The translations under genes were made by a program, and so were the position numbers. A model generated the notes under the pieces. That model was not told the origin of the DNA, ran no database searches, and worked only from the letters and a program-made list of their open reading frames with translations. Positions 27,982-37,079 of a stretch of 64,000 bases of DNA are shown here, in pieces. The DNA is from Bradymonadia bacterium (GTDB taxonomy: Bacteria; Myxococcota_A; Bradymonadia; UBA7976; UBA1532): the NCBI GenBank assembly GCA_046290225.1, contig JBKAGE010000005.1, forward strand, positions 1 to 64,000, written 5' to 3'. The number at the start of each line of letters is the position of its first letter. Positions within the stretch are counted from its first letter, which is position 1.

Positions 27982-28500
27982 ATGGACCCTGCTGTGACAG
28001 ATCTCTCCGTGATGACCAAGCTCGGCGTCTGGCTCGCCGTGGCCCTCCCCGTGGCGGTGGGCATGGAGCTGTGGGCCATGTTCCTGCACGGGAAGATCTG
28101 GCACACGTGGCTGTACGGGATCCACAAGTCGCACCACGAGCCGAAGACGGGCTACTTCGAACTCAACGACGTGTTCTCGGTGATCCACGCCCCCATCGCC
28201 ATGGCGATGATCCTCTATGGCTGCCTGGCGACCCCGGGGCTGACCCGCGAGCTTCTGTTCGGCTTCGGTCTGGGCATGACGATCTTCGGCATCGGCTACA
28301 TGGTGGTGCACGACGGCCTGGTGCACGGCCGGCTCCCGGTGACGTGGCTCACGCGTTGGGCGTACTTTCGCAAGGTGCGCAACGCCCACATCGTGCATCA
28401 CAAGAACGGCGGGGCGCCCTTCGGCATGTTCTTGGGGCCCCAGGAGCTGAAGTGGGCAAAGCGTAGGAGCGGACGATCCCGCCTGCGGCGCGATCTGTAG
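27982..28500 (+). CDS. crtZ: beta-carotene hydroxylase (fatty acid hydroxylase superfamily)
   Basis: His boxes HGKIWH, HKSHH, HDGLVH and HIVHH; FELND; GGAGG RBS. Confidence 0.88.
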   Translation: MDPAVTDLSVMTKLGVWLAVALPVAVGMELWAMFLHGKIWHTWLYGIHKSHHEPKTGYFELNDVFSVIHAPIAMAMILYGCLATPGLTRELLFGFGLGMTIFGIGYMVVHDGLVHGRLPVTWLTRWAYFRKVRNAHIVHHKNGGAPFGMFLGPQELKWAKRRSGRSRLRRDL

Positions 28501-28887
28501 CGGACGACCCAGCAAAAGCTTTCGCTTCGCTGCGTCTGTAGCGGACGCCTGCTTCGGCTTCGCCTTGCAGAGCTGTAGCGGACGCCGAGTCTGCCTTCGG
28601 CAGCCTGAGCTGTAGCTTTTTAAGAGAGTTGGGTGTGTCTTCCTGGCTTCCCCTGCCAGTCTGGGGCTTACGCCGAAAGTGCTTTGTAATGGGCCCAACG
28701 GGTTCGCGGTAGATGAGCCCAAGTCCCCCAAAGTGATCTTCAAAAAAGCTACAGGGAATTTGCCGGAGGCAAATGAGCGCCCGCTACAGCTCTGAGCCAG
28801 CGTAGCTGGTTCAGGCGTCCGCTACAGGCTGTCGCCATCAGGCGATGACCGTCCGCTACAGGCGGCCCAAAGGGCGGCCGTCCGCTC
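28467..28887. repeat. mirror-symmetric nested inverted-repeat array (REP/REPIN-like element or structured RNA)
   Basis: Left arm: GAGCGGACG at 28467; CTGTAGCGGACG at 28495, 28536 and 28573; CTGTAGCTTTTT at 28610. Right arm holds the reverse complements at 28743, 28778 (1 mismatch), 28816, 28850 and 28879. Confidence 0.9.
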
Positions 28888-29046
28888 GACTTAAATCGCG
28901 TCACGAACCCACAAGCATCAAGACCTACATTGCAACAGCCGTCTCAAACCCCACACTGAGGGAATAAGGGCACTGCGCCCGTCGTTCACTCGGCGGCGCC
29001 GAGGTCAGGAAGAGCGGCCTCGAGGGTGCCAAAACGAGGAGGGAAG

Positions 29047-30675
29047 ATGCGGATGAATCTCAAGACGCTGGGCACCCTCGCCCTCGCCGCGGGGGCTTGC
29101 CTGCTGTCGGCGTCCGGGGCGTGGGCCCAGGACGATGGCTCCGGAGAAGCCTGCGCGGACGTGGTGGAGATGAGCCCCACGCGCACGCTGAGGCAGTTGA
29201 GCCTCGATCTGTGGGGGCGGGTGCCCACGGCAGAGGAATATGCAGCCGTGGTGGATGCCGACTTCGACGACGAGGCGCTCGATGCCCTGGTAGGTGAGAT
29301 GCTCGACGCCCCGGAGTTCGAGAACTTCGTCAACCGCTACCACCTCGATTTGCTGTGGCCCAACATCCAGGGTCTCGAGCTGGTGAACGGTGGCATCGCC
29401 TATCTGCTGCCGGCCTCCTTTTACGAAGGAGGCATCAGCGGCGATTACACCACCGAGCGCATGTTCTCGCTGCTCACGGGCCTCTACGCCCGTGGGGGGC
29501 TGGTGCCGTGCGCCGACGAGCCCGCAGAGTTCGACGAGAATGGCGCGCCGGTGATGGAGCCCTGGCCCGACGGCACCATGCGCGAAGGGTATGTCTGGGT
29601 AGAGCCCTATTGGGCACCCGGCACCGAGGTGAAGGTGTGTGCCCTTGAGGCCCGCGAGGCCGCCGTGGGCAACAATGGCCTCGCCTGCAACACGCTCAAC
29701 GGCCTCGGCAGCGGTGGGTGCGGGTGCGGTCCGCAGCTGCAGCATTGCATGAGCATCGACGCCGCCAACATGATCCAGCCGTCGATCCGCGGTCAGATGA
29801 TGGCCATGGTGCAGGAGATCATTCAGTCAGATCGCCCCTACACCGACGTGCTCACCGACAAGGTGGAGATGATCAACGGTCCGCTGGTGCACTACTACCG
29901 GTATCTGGCTCAGATGGCCGTGGATCCGTTCATTCAGTCGCCTCAGGTGCTCATGGAAGATCTGCCCGAGCTCGAGTTCAACGACACCGAGTGGCAGGCC
30001 GTCGATCGTCCCGAGCCCCACGCCGGTGTGCTCACCAGCATGGCCTTCTTGCTGCGGTTCCAGACCAACCGGGCCCGGGCCAACCGGTTCTACACCGCCT
30101 TCTTGTGCGAGCCCTTCCAGGCGCCGCCCGATGGCTTGCCCAGCCCCAACGACGAGTGCAGTCAGGAGCCTGATCTGCGCAAGCGCTGCGGGTGCAACTA
30201 CTGTCACAGCGCCCTGGAGCCTGCTGCGGGGTACTGGGGACAGTTCGCCGAGGCGGGCACCTACTTGATGACACGTGACGAGTTCCCCATCTACTCCGCT
30301 CGATGTGCAGCCTGCGCCGAGACCGGCCAGTGCGACTTCATCTGCGAGCGCTTCTACGTGACCGAGGCGGGCCACCCCGACGAAGAGCCCTTCCTCGGGG
30401 TGCTCAAGTCGTACCAGTGGCGGGGGGAGACCGAGGCCAGCTACGTGGAGCAGGGCCCCTCGGGCCTCGTACAGCGTGCCCTCGACAACGGCCAGCTCGC
30501 GCGCTGCGCCGTGGACAACCTCTTCAACCGGCTCTATCGCCGGCCCATGACCGACGCCGAGCGTCGCGAGCGCTTGCCGGAGCTGGCCCAGGCCTTCATC
30601 GACAGCGACTACAGCTTCAAGGCGCTGGTCCGCAGCCTGGTCACTGACGCCGCGTACGGGAGGATGGCCCGATGA
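29047..30675 (+). CDS. secreted Cys-rich protein with a CxxCH motif (DUF1549/DUF1588/DUF1585-like)
   Basis: Signal peptide; LRQLSLDLWGRVPT; HAGVLT; CNYCH; C-terminal YSFKALVRSLV; first gene of the DUF1501 operon. Confidence 0.75.
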   Translation: MRMNLKTLGTLALAAGACLLSASGAWAQDDGSGEACADVVEMSPTRTLRQLSLDLWGRVPTAEEYAAVVDADFDDEALDALVGEMLDAPEFENFVNRYHLDLLWPNIQGLELVNGGIAYLLPASFYEGGISGDYTTERMFSLLTGLYARGGLVPCADEPAEFDENGAPVMEPWPDGTMREGYVWVEPYWAPGTEVKVCALEAREAAVGNNGLACNTLNGLGSGGCGCGPQLQHCMSIDAANMIQPSIRGQMMAMVQEIIQSDRPYTDVLTDKVEMINGPLVHYYRYLAQMAVDPFIQSPQVLMEDLPELEFNDTEWQAVDRPEPHAGVLTSMAFLLRFQTNRARANRFYTAFLCEPFQAPPDGLPSPNDECSQEPDLRKRCGCNYCHSALEPAAGYWGQFAEAGTYLMTRDEFPIYSARCAACAETGQCDFICERFYVTEAGHPDEEPFLGVLKSYQWRGETEASYVEQGPSGLVQRALDNGQLARCAVDNLFNRLYRRPMTDAERRERLPELAQAFIDSDYSFKALVRSLVTDAAYGRMAR

Positions 30676-31421
30676 AGATGTTCAACCGTACGAGCCGAGT
30701 GCTGGCCTTGGGGCTGGCCCTGAGCTTCTGGGGCTGTGGTGATGACAACGCGGGCTCTGATGGCTCCGGGGGCGGCACCGGTGGTGTTGTCGGGGGCGCT
30801 GGTGGCGCTCAAGGTGGCGCTGGCGGAGCCGCTGGTGCCGGTGCCCAGGGTGGCGATGGGGGCAGCGGTGGTGAAGCCGGCGCCGGTGGCATGGTGCCTC
30901 AGGTGCAGCCCGCTCGGGCCGCCGGGCGCATGACCATCGAGCAGCTCGCCCGTTCTATCCCCGTGGTCACCGAGGGCATTCGTTGGGAGGAAGACTTCGG
31001 CGACGGCCCAGTGGACATGCTCCAGGTGCTCGCCCCGACCCTCGGGGTACCCGACTACTTCCTGGTCGTGGAAGAGAACCTCGAGCCCTCCCTCATCATC
31101 GCCAAGTTCATGCAAGACGCGTCGAACCGCATCTGCAGCCGGTGGGCCGAGCGCGATCGCAGCCTGGCGGTGGCGGAGCGCAGCCTCGTGGGTCACGAGG
31201 ACTGGGAGAGCACCGACGCCGCCCTGGCGCAGGCCAACATCCAGGCCTTGATGCTGCGGTTCTTCGGTCGGGTGGTGCCCGCCGACGACCAGCAGCTCGC
31301 CGATCTCGTCGAGCTGTTCCAGGTGGCATCGTCCACCGCCCCTGAAGGGGCCGCCGCCCACGATGGCTGGTTGGCGGTCTGCATCGCCCTGATGACCGAT
31401 CCCGAATTCGTGATTTACTGA
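30672..31421 (+). CDS. lipoprotein with a Gly-rich linker, DUF1501-operon associated
   Basis: Lipobox FWGC; ATGA overlap; C-terminal W.AVC.AL..DPEF..Y. Confidence 0.8.
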   Translation: MKMFNRTSRVLALGLALSFWGCGDDNAGSDGSGGGTGGVVGGAGGAQGGAGGAAGAGAQGGDGGSGGEAGAGGMVPQVQPARAAGRMTIEQLARSIPVVTEGIRWEEDFGDGPVDMLQVLAPTLGVPDYFLVVEENLEPSLIIAKFMQDASNRICSRWAERDRSLAVAERSLVGHEDWESTDAALAQANIQALMLRFFGRVVPADDQQLADLVELFQVASSTAPEGAAAHDGWLAVCIALMTDPEFVIY

Positions 31422-31433
31422 GAGGAGGCCCAC

Positions 31434-32789
31434 GTGAACCGACGCGAATTTCTGCTTCGCAGCGGCTTGACCGCAGGGGCGTTCTCCCTGGGCGGGGCGC
31501 TGATGCCCCGGGTGGCCCGCGCCGCCGAGGTCAAAGACCGCTACTTCGTCTTCTGCTACTTCGAGGGGGGCTGGGACGCCCTGATCTCACTCGATCCGCG
31601 TAACCCTGCGGAGTTCAACGACGGCAACATGCTCGAGACCGGCATCCAGCCAGGCTACGATCGCTTGCCGGGTCAGTTCTCCCGACAGAACATCAATGCT
31701 GGGCCCTTCACGCTCGGCCCGTGTTGTGGCGAGCTGCCGCAAATCGCCGACAAGTTCAGCGTGATTCGGGGCATCAACATGGCCACCCTCACCCACGAGG
31801 TGGGCCGTCGTTACTTCATCACCGGCAAAGAGCCTGCAGGCCTCAACGCCCAAGGATCGTCCATCGCCACCCTCGCCGCGAGCCAGATCGCTGGTGGCGA
31901 GACCCCTGATCGGCCCGTGCCCCACCTGGCCCACCGGGTGGAGTCGTACAACATCGATCAGCCGGCCTTTGCCACGGCGATGCCCGTGGCCGCCGTGGGC
32001 CATATGCAGTACATCCTGCAAGACACGCTGGGCATCCCCACGGGCATTCGCCCCAACGTGCGTGGCGCCCTCGGGGCGTACTGGTCGAAGCGCCGGGACT
32101 GCGCCCCTGGCCGGGGCGCCTCGGCGACGGCCATCGCCGACGCCTACCGCTCGAACCGGGCCCGGGCCCGCGACGTGGTCACCACGGCGCTCTACAGCCA
32201 GTTCCAGTTCGACGCCCCGGAGCTTGCCGGGGTGCGGGAGCACTACGGCATCAACGCCGGCCTGCTCGAGACCCCCCGAGGCCGGGCTGCCCTGGCGAGC
32301 CAGGCGCTGCGCTCGGGCTTGTCGCGGGTGGTGAGCGTGGTTCTTGCCGATGGCCTGGACACCCACGATGGTAACTGGGCCAACGAGCAGTCCACCCGCT
32401 TGTCCGAGGGCTTCACCGCGCTGGCGCGCCTCATCACTGATCTCGATCAGACCGAGGCTCCGGGTGGTGGCGGCAGTCTGCTGAGCAAGACCACCATCGT
32501 GGCCTTCTCGGAGTTCAACCGCACCCCTCGCCTGAACGAGCGCAACGGCCGAGATCATCACCTGGGCAACTGCGCCGTCGTCGCTGGTGGTGGCATTCAG
32601 CCCGGGAAGGTGATCGGCGCCTCGAGCGATCTGGCCATGGGGCCGCTCCACATCGATCTGGCCTCGGGGCAGGCCGATGAGTCGGGCGTCTCGCTGTCGC
32701 CGACCCACGTGATGGCCACGGCGCTTCAGTCTGGTGGGCTCGACGCCTCTGATCTGAGGATCGACGGGATCCCGGGGCTCCTGGCCTGA
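31434..32789 (+). CDS. Tat-exported DUF1501 family protein
   Basis: Tat motif NRREFL; GGWD, DTH and SEFNRTP...GRDH motifs; GAGGAGG RBS. Confidence 0.88.
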   Translation: MNRREFLLRSGLTAGAFSLGGALMPRVARAAEVKDRYFVFCYFEGGWDALISLDPRNPAEFNDGNMLETGIQPGYDRLPGQFSRQNINAGPFTLGPCCGELPQIADKFSVIRGINMATLTHEVGRRYFITGKEPAGLNAQGSSIATLAASQIAGGETPDRPVPHLAHRVESYNIDQPAFATAMPVAAVGHMQYILQDTLGIPTGIRPNVRGALGAYWSKRRDCAPGRGASATAIADAYRSNRARARDVVTTALYSQFQFDAPELAGVREHYGINAGLLETPRGRAALASQALRSGLSRVVSVVLADGLDTHDGNWANEQSTRLSEGFTALARLITDLDQTEAPGGGGSLLSKTTIVAFSEFNRTPRLNERNGRDHHLGNCAVVAGGGIQPGKVIGASSDLAMGPLHIDLASGQADESGVSLSPTHVMATALQSGGLDASDLRIDGIPGLLA

Positions 32790-33449
32790 TCACCCTCTCT
32801 GAGAGAGCCCCACCATCTCGTCGAAGTGATGCACCCTGACACCTGCCCCCTCTACCCAGGGCGCTGCCGCCATGGCCTGGGCTACAGTCTCTGCCGAGAT
32901 CGACTTGTAGCGCCGCAGCCCGCCCATCAGCAGCGGGTTGAACACCGGCGTGGCCCATTGGCCGAGGCGCTCACCTACCCGCAGCTCGGCGCGTTGCCCG
33001 AGGAGCAATCCTGGCCGGACGACGTCCACAGTGGCGAAACCAAGAGCCGAGAGACCGGCTTCTGCTTCACCTTTGGTGTGCAGGTACAGGTTGCGGCTCG
33101 TGATCTCTGCACCTGCTGAGGAGTTCAGGATGCAATGGCTGGCCCCAGCTTGCACCGCGGCCTTGCCAAAGGCGAGGACGTACTCCAGGTCGACGCGGCG
33201 AAAGGCCGCAGCGGAGCCAGCGGCTTTACGGGTGGTGCCCAGGCAGCAATAGGCATGATCCACATGCCCGTCGGGGGCCGAGTCGGGCAGGGCGTCGAAA
33301 TCGGTGATGTGCACACGAAGTCTGGGGTGCTCAAGCTCGATGGGGCGTCGAGTGAGAGCCACGACGTGGGCGTAACGCGCATCTTCGAGCAGGCGTTGCA
33401 GCAACAGATTGCCCACGAGTCCCGTGGCTCCTGCGAGCCAGGCAATCAC
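32790..33449 (-). CDS. atypical SDR / NAD(P)-binding protein (TIP30/YraR-like)
   Basis: GATGLVG, CCLGTT, FRRVD, Y...KGE.E, RPGLLLG.R. Confidence 0.88.
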   Translation of the reverse strand: MIAWLAGATGLVGNLLLQRLLEDARYAHVVALTRRPIELEHPRLRVHITDFDALPDSAPDGHVDHAYCCLGTTRKAAGSAAAFRRVDLEYVLAFGKAAVQAGASHCILNSSAGAEITSRNLYLHTKGEAEAGLSALGFATVDVVRPGLLLGQRAELRVGERLGQWATPVFNPLLMGGLRRYKSISAETVAQAMAAAPWVEGAGVRVHHFDEMVGLSQRG

Positions 33450-33625
33450 GGTGACCAGCCGAAGACGGGTGTGAAGGTCGTTCGAGTCATGTCGCCTCTC
33501 GGGGGGTGCCGATACATGGCTGCAGAATGCTCGACTCGAGGGGCTGGAGACAACTGGCTCGCGTGTGGGTGTAAACGAGGCGAGCTCAAATTGACCACCC
33601 CAGCCTGATCTTCCATGGTGACCGC

Positions 33626-34156
33626 ATGCACATTGACGACATCACCGCCCTGCACACCCGACTCATCGAAGCCCTCGCCCTCAAGGCAATCCCTCGAGCG
33701 GGGTGGCCACGGGTGGGCGTGCCCGAGCATCAGACCGAGTCGGTGGCGGCCCACAGCTGGGGGGTGGCCTGGCTCGTCATCGCGCTGTGCCCTTCAGATG
33801 TGGATCGTGGGCGGGCTCTCGCCATCGCCGTGTTGCATGATCTCGCCGAGGCCCGGGTGGGCGACATCACGCCCCACGACAATGTGCCCAAAGTCGAGAA
33901 GCATCGCCTGGAGCATGCGGCCTTCGTCGATCTCGTCTCTGCGTTGCCGCAGCGCGACGAGCTGATCGCGTTGTGGATGGAGTACGAATCGCAGAGCTCT
34001 GCCGAGGGCCGCTTCGTGAAGGCCTGCGACAAGCTCGACATGGCCTTGCAGGCCCAGCTCTATGCCCGAGATCACGACGCAGACACCAGCGAGCTGGTTC
34101 AGGCTGCGTTGGCAAAACTGACTGATCCGTTGCTCAACGCCCTTGCTGGCCGTTGA
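33626..34156 (+). CDS. HD-domain 5'-deoxynucleotidase-like hydrolase (HDDC2/YfbR-like)
   Basis: LK.IPRAGW, ESVAAHS, LHDLAE..VGDITP, VKACDKLDM. Confidence 0.9.
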   Translation: MHIDDITALHTRLIEALALKAIPRAGWPRVGVPEHQTESVAAHSWGVAWLVIALCPSDVDRGRALAIAVLHDLAEARVGDITPHDNVPKVEKHRLEHAAFVDLVSALPQRDELIALWMEYESQSSAEGRFVKACDKLDMALQAQLYARDHDADTSELVQAALAKLTDPLLNALAGR

Positions 34157-34169
34157 CCATACTGCTCTA

Positions 34170-37079
34170 TCAGGCTTTGATATGCACGATGCGGTGTCGG
34201 CCGGTCTCTGGGTCGAGTGACAGCAGCTGACCTTGGGGGCCCAGAGCGAGGATACGCTCTCTGAAGGCTCGGACACGAGGCACACCTTCACCCTCGAAGA
34301 TGAAGCGGGCCCGTGGTGACACCACACCATTGCAATAGATCTCAAGCTGGCTGCGGTCGTCTCGTCGAGGGTAGAGCCACCATTGACCCCCATGAAAGAG
34401 CGGGGTTTGCCAGGACGATGACGTGGACGATGTGTCTTCCAGATCGGGCCACATGGCTTCAGTGCCCGGGTGGGCAAACCGACGCCCGTCGGGGAAGATG
34501 GCGCACACCTTCTGTTTCTCGGACCAGGTGAGCGACATGCCCGTGCCTCGAACCGAGAGGGCACCCAGCTCATGACCCACGGTGTGACGCCGCCTCAGGG
34601 TCATGCTGGGGGTCTCGATCTGCCAGACCTGTGCGCTCTCACCATGCTCGACCCGCCATACGCACATGTTGGTGGTGCGGGCAAACCCCGTCACGATGCC
34701 TTCGCTCTCCACCTTCCACAGCGCAGTGAAGCGGTGCTCGAAGACATCGAGGGCCATGACCTGTGTGTCCGTGGCCACGAGCCATCGATCCCCGTCGAAG
34801 GTGTCGGCGAAGGCCTGTAGTTTGATCTCACCCCACGCCTCTGCAGCGCCGTCGATGATGTTCACTCGGGTCACGCGCCAGACATCCCCTCGGCGGGCGA
34901 GGGCCAGCAGGCGGGTGCGGTCGTCGGAGATGACCAGCACCTCGGCGGGGTGGGGCACACGGGTGTGTGGGCGCCCACTGCGATCTGTGAGCCAGAGGCC
35001 ACCTTCGCCCAGAGCGACCGCGAAACCATTGTCCAACAGCGCCACATCGACGGCGAGGGCGGTCCCACCCTCGTCACGGAAGGTGAGATGCAGAGGCATG
35101 CCCCCATTGGCAGGCAATAAGGGGTTCTTCGGGGTCGTGGGGATGGAGGCGCCCTGAAAGTCCACCTTGAAGATCGGATCGTGATTGCGCCGGGCGAGCT
35201 GCTTCAGGCTGCGTTGGCCCGTGCGTTGCGCGTGGGAAGGCAACAGTCGACGGATCAGCGCGCGGATGAGTGATTGCTCTCCAGGGCCTGCGTCTCGGAG
35301 ACCTGGAAAGCCCATGAGATCGCCGGAGCCGGTGAGGCCGTCGAGCAACGCAGAGAGCGTCTGATCCACGTCGGGATCATCCTCTGCCTCGGCCATCAGG
35401 GCCTCTACCCTCGCCCGCAGCGCCATGGAGGGCAGCGCGCGGCCATCAGAGAGTCGCCTGATCTGTATGCCCAGCATCGACGCGCCTTTGGCGCCGCCTT
35501 GCTCGATGAGCTGATCGATGCAGGTCTCCAAGACGCGCTTCAGCTCTACCTTGGGGGCCACCTTGAGCAGGGGCCAGCCCACCGCCACCGCGCGGCCGAG
35601 GGCGCCGGTGCGGGCGAGGTGCATGGCCCAGACACCACGCAACGCCCGGGCTTTGGCGGGGTGATCGCCTTCGAGCTGTTGCACCGCCTCTTCGAAGGCA
35701 CCGTGTCGACGGGCGAGCCAGATCACCCGCTCCACATCGCCGGCGAGCATCCACTGACGCATGATCAAGGGTGCCTTGAGCCCCCGGGCCTCGGCGAGCT
35801 GCGCCGCGAGGCGGAAGCGCTCGTGGCGTTCGAGGTAGGCCACGGCCTCTTCGCTCTCGCCGAGCAGCTCTGCCAGCACGAAGGCGGCGCGGTCGATCTC
35901 GCCCTGCTCGTCGAGGCGCTCGAAGGCCTGGCGATACATCTGGCGGATGCGGGCATAGCCCCCTCGGCCCATGTGCAGGCTCGAGCCGCCGCCTGAGGCC
36001 CGCTGCAGCGAGATCTGCAAATCATCTCGGCGGTCGGGCAGCCCCGGGGTCCAGCCCAAACCCTCGCCGCCTTCTCCTTTGCCGAGGGGGATCGCCCGAC
36101 GCAGGGCCTCGTCGAACTGGCCCCGATCGAACATCTCCACCATCTCGTTGAGGTAGTTCACCTGCTCGGCGAGGGCGCGGTTGCCCAGGCCCATCTTCAA
36201 CAGCCGCTGCATCAACCGGGCCTTGAGGCGCTCACCCGCCGAGGGTCCTCGGTCGGGCCCATCGGGCATCCACCGCTCGCCCTCGTCGGGCTTGGGGGTG
36301 CGTCGCATGTCGCCACCAAAGGCCCCGAGCAGCCGTGAAAGCCAGCCCTGTCGCCGATGTGGCACCGCCAGATCTGTGGTGTCGAAGGCCCCAGAGGAGG
36401 ACTCAGGTTGGGGCTTTGCAGGGGCAGAGCGCCCTTTGAAGAGCCCTCTCAACCAGCCACCAAGCCCGCGAGAAGGCGTATCAGGGAGAGGCTCGCCACT
36501 GAGAGCGCGCTCCACCTGAGCCCGTCGGGGATCAGCAGAGGGTATGGTGCCGCCGAAGAGGCCCCGTACTTCGGGCGGGGTCTCGATGATGACTTCTGGG
36601 GGCGGTGGAGGCAGGCCGAGGGGGCGCACCTCGACCAGACGGAACATCTCCACGTCGAGCCAGAGGCTGATGTCGAAGAGCGTCGCCTGGAGCCCCTCTG
36701 ACTGATCCTGCCCTCGAGGGACGCGCCACACGTGCAGTCGACCGCCCACAGCAAGAGCCAGCTGCCCGCGGCGGGCGATGGCGCCGTGCTCGGATTCGGG
36801 CAAGTCGACGGCGAGGGAGACACCCCGGCCACGGACCACCACGGCCCCGGGCGCCCCTCTCGCAGGCAGGCGCACGTGTCCCGGCCAGCTGAGCCACCAT
36901 CGGTTGCGATCAGCAGGCTCACCAGGGAGAGGGCTCAAGCGATAGAGGCGGGCCGAGGGCGACCACAAGGCCATCACCCGAGCGCGGACCGTTTCATGGT
37001 CGAGGAGGGCCTCGTCGAAGATCAGGCCGCAGGCTTCCGGGTGCCCGCGCAGGGGCTTGAAGATCATGGGGGTGCTCAT
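34170..37079 (-). CDS. bpX6-type component of a MoxR-vWA-beta-propeller ternary conflict system
   Basis: YLNEMVEMFDRG.FDEALRRAIPL and Y..AF..L...G.I..AAFVLAELL...EAV..LE.H..F.LAA.LAE helical core, followed by a beta-rich C-terminus. Family assignment is from recall. Confidence 0.72.
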   Translation of the reverse strand: MSTPMIFKPLRGHPEACGLIFDEALLDHETVRARVMALWSPSARLYRLSPLPGEPADRNRWWLSWPGHVRLPARGAPGAVVVRGRGVSLAVDLPESEHGAIARRGQLALAVGGRLHVWRVPRGQDQSEGLQATLFDISLWLDVEMFRLVEVRPLGLPPPPPEVIIETPPEVRGLFGGTIPSADPRRAQVERALSGEPLPDTPSRGLGGWLRGLFKGRSAPAKPQPESSSGAFDTTDLAVPHRRQGWLSRLLGAFGGDMRRTPKPDEGERWMPDGPDRGPSAGERLKARLMQRLLKMGLGNRALAEQVNYLNEMVEMFDRGQFDEALRRAIPLGKGEGGEGLGWTPGLPDRRDDLQISLQRASGGGSSLHMGRGGYARIRQMYRQAFERLDEQGEIDRAAFVLAELLGESEEAVAYLERHERFRLAAQLAEARGLKAPLIMRQWMLAGDVERVIWLARRHGAFEEAVQQLEGDHPAKARALRGVWAMHLARTGALGRAVAVGWPLLKVAPKVELKRVLETCIDQLIEQGGAKGASMLGIQIRRLSDGRALPSMALRARVEALMAEAEDDPDVDQTLSALLDGLTGSGDLMGFPGLRDAGPGEQSLIRALIRRLLPSHAQRTGQRSLKQLARRNHDPIFKVDFQGASIPTTPKNPLLPANGGMPLHLTFRDEGGTALAVDVALLDNGFAVALGEGGLWLTDRSGRPHTRVPHPAEVLVISDDRTRLLALARRGDVWRVTRVNIIDGAAEAWGEIKLQAFADTFDGDRWLVATDTQVMALDVFEHRFTALWKVESEGIVTGFARTTNMCVWRVEHGESAQVWQIETPSMTLRRRHTVGHELGALSVRGTGMSLTWSEKQKVCAIFPDGRRFAHPGTEAMWPDLEDTSSTSSSWQTPLFHGGQWWLYPRRDDRSQLEIYCNGVVSPRARFIFEGEGVPRVRAFRERILALGPQGQLLSLDPETGRHRIVHIKA

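Noticed and set aside
27982..28500. Carotenoid biosynthesis cluster
   Set aside because: Only crtZ is present; no crtB, crtI, crtY or crtE in the window.
28495..28621. CRISPR array (regularly spaced repeats with unique spacers)
   Set aside because: Repeats are only about 12 bp, the second half of the element is inverted, the spacers are themselves hairpins, and no cas genes are in the window.
28630..28665. Cobalamin riboswitch (minus strand GGGAAGCCAGGAAGAC resembles part of the B12 box)
   Set aside because: The other conserved elements are not recognisable and no downstream minus-strand gene is positioned for regulation.
27307..28743. 478-aa minus-strand ORF crossing the repeat element
   Set aside because: It is antisense to crtZ and the upstream ORF, reads through non-coding repeats and has no recognisable domain.
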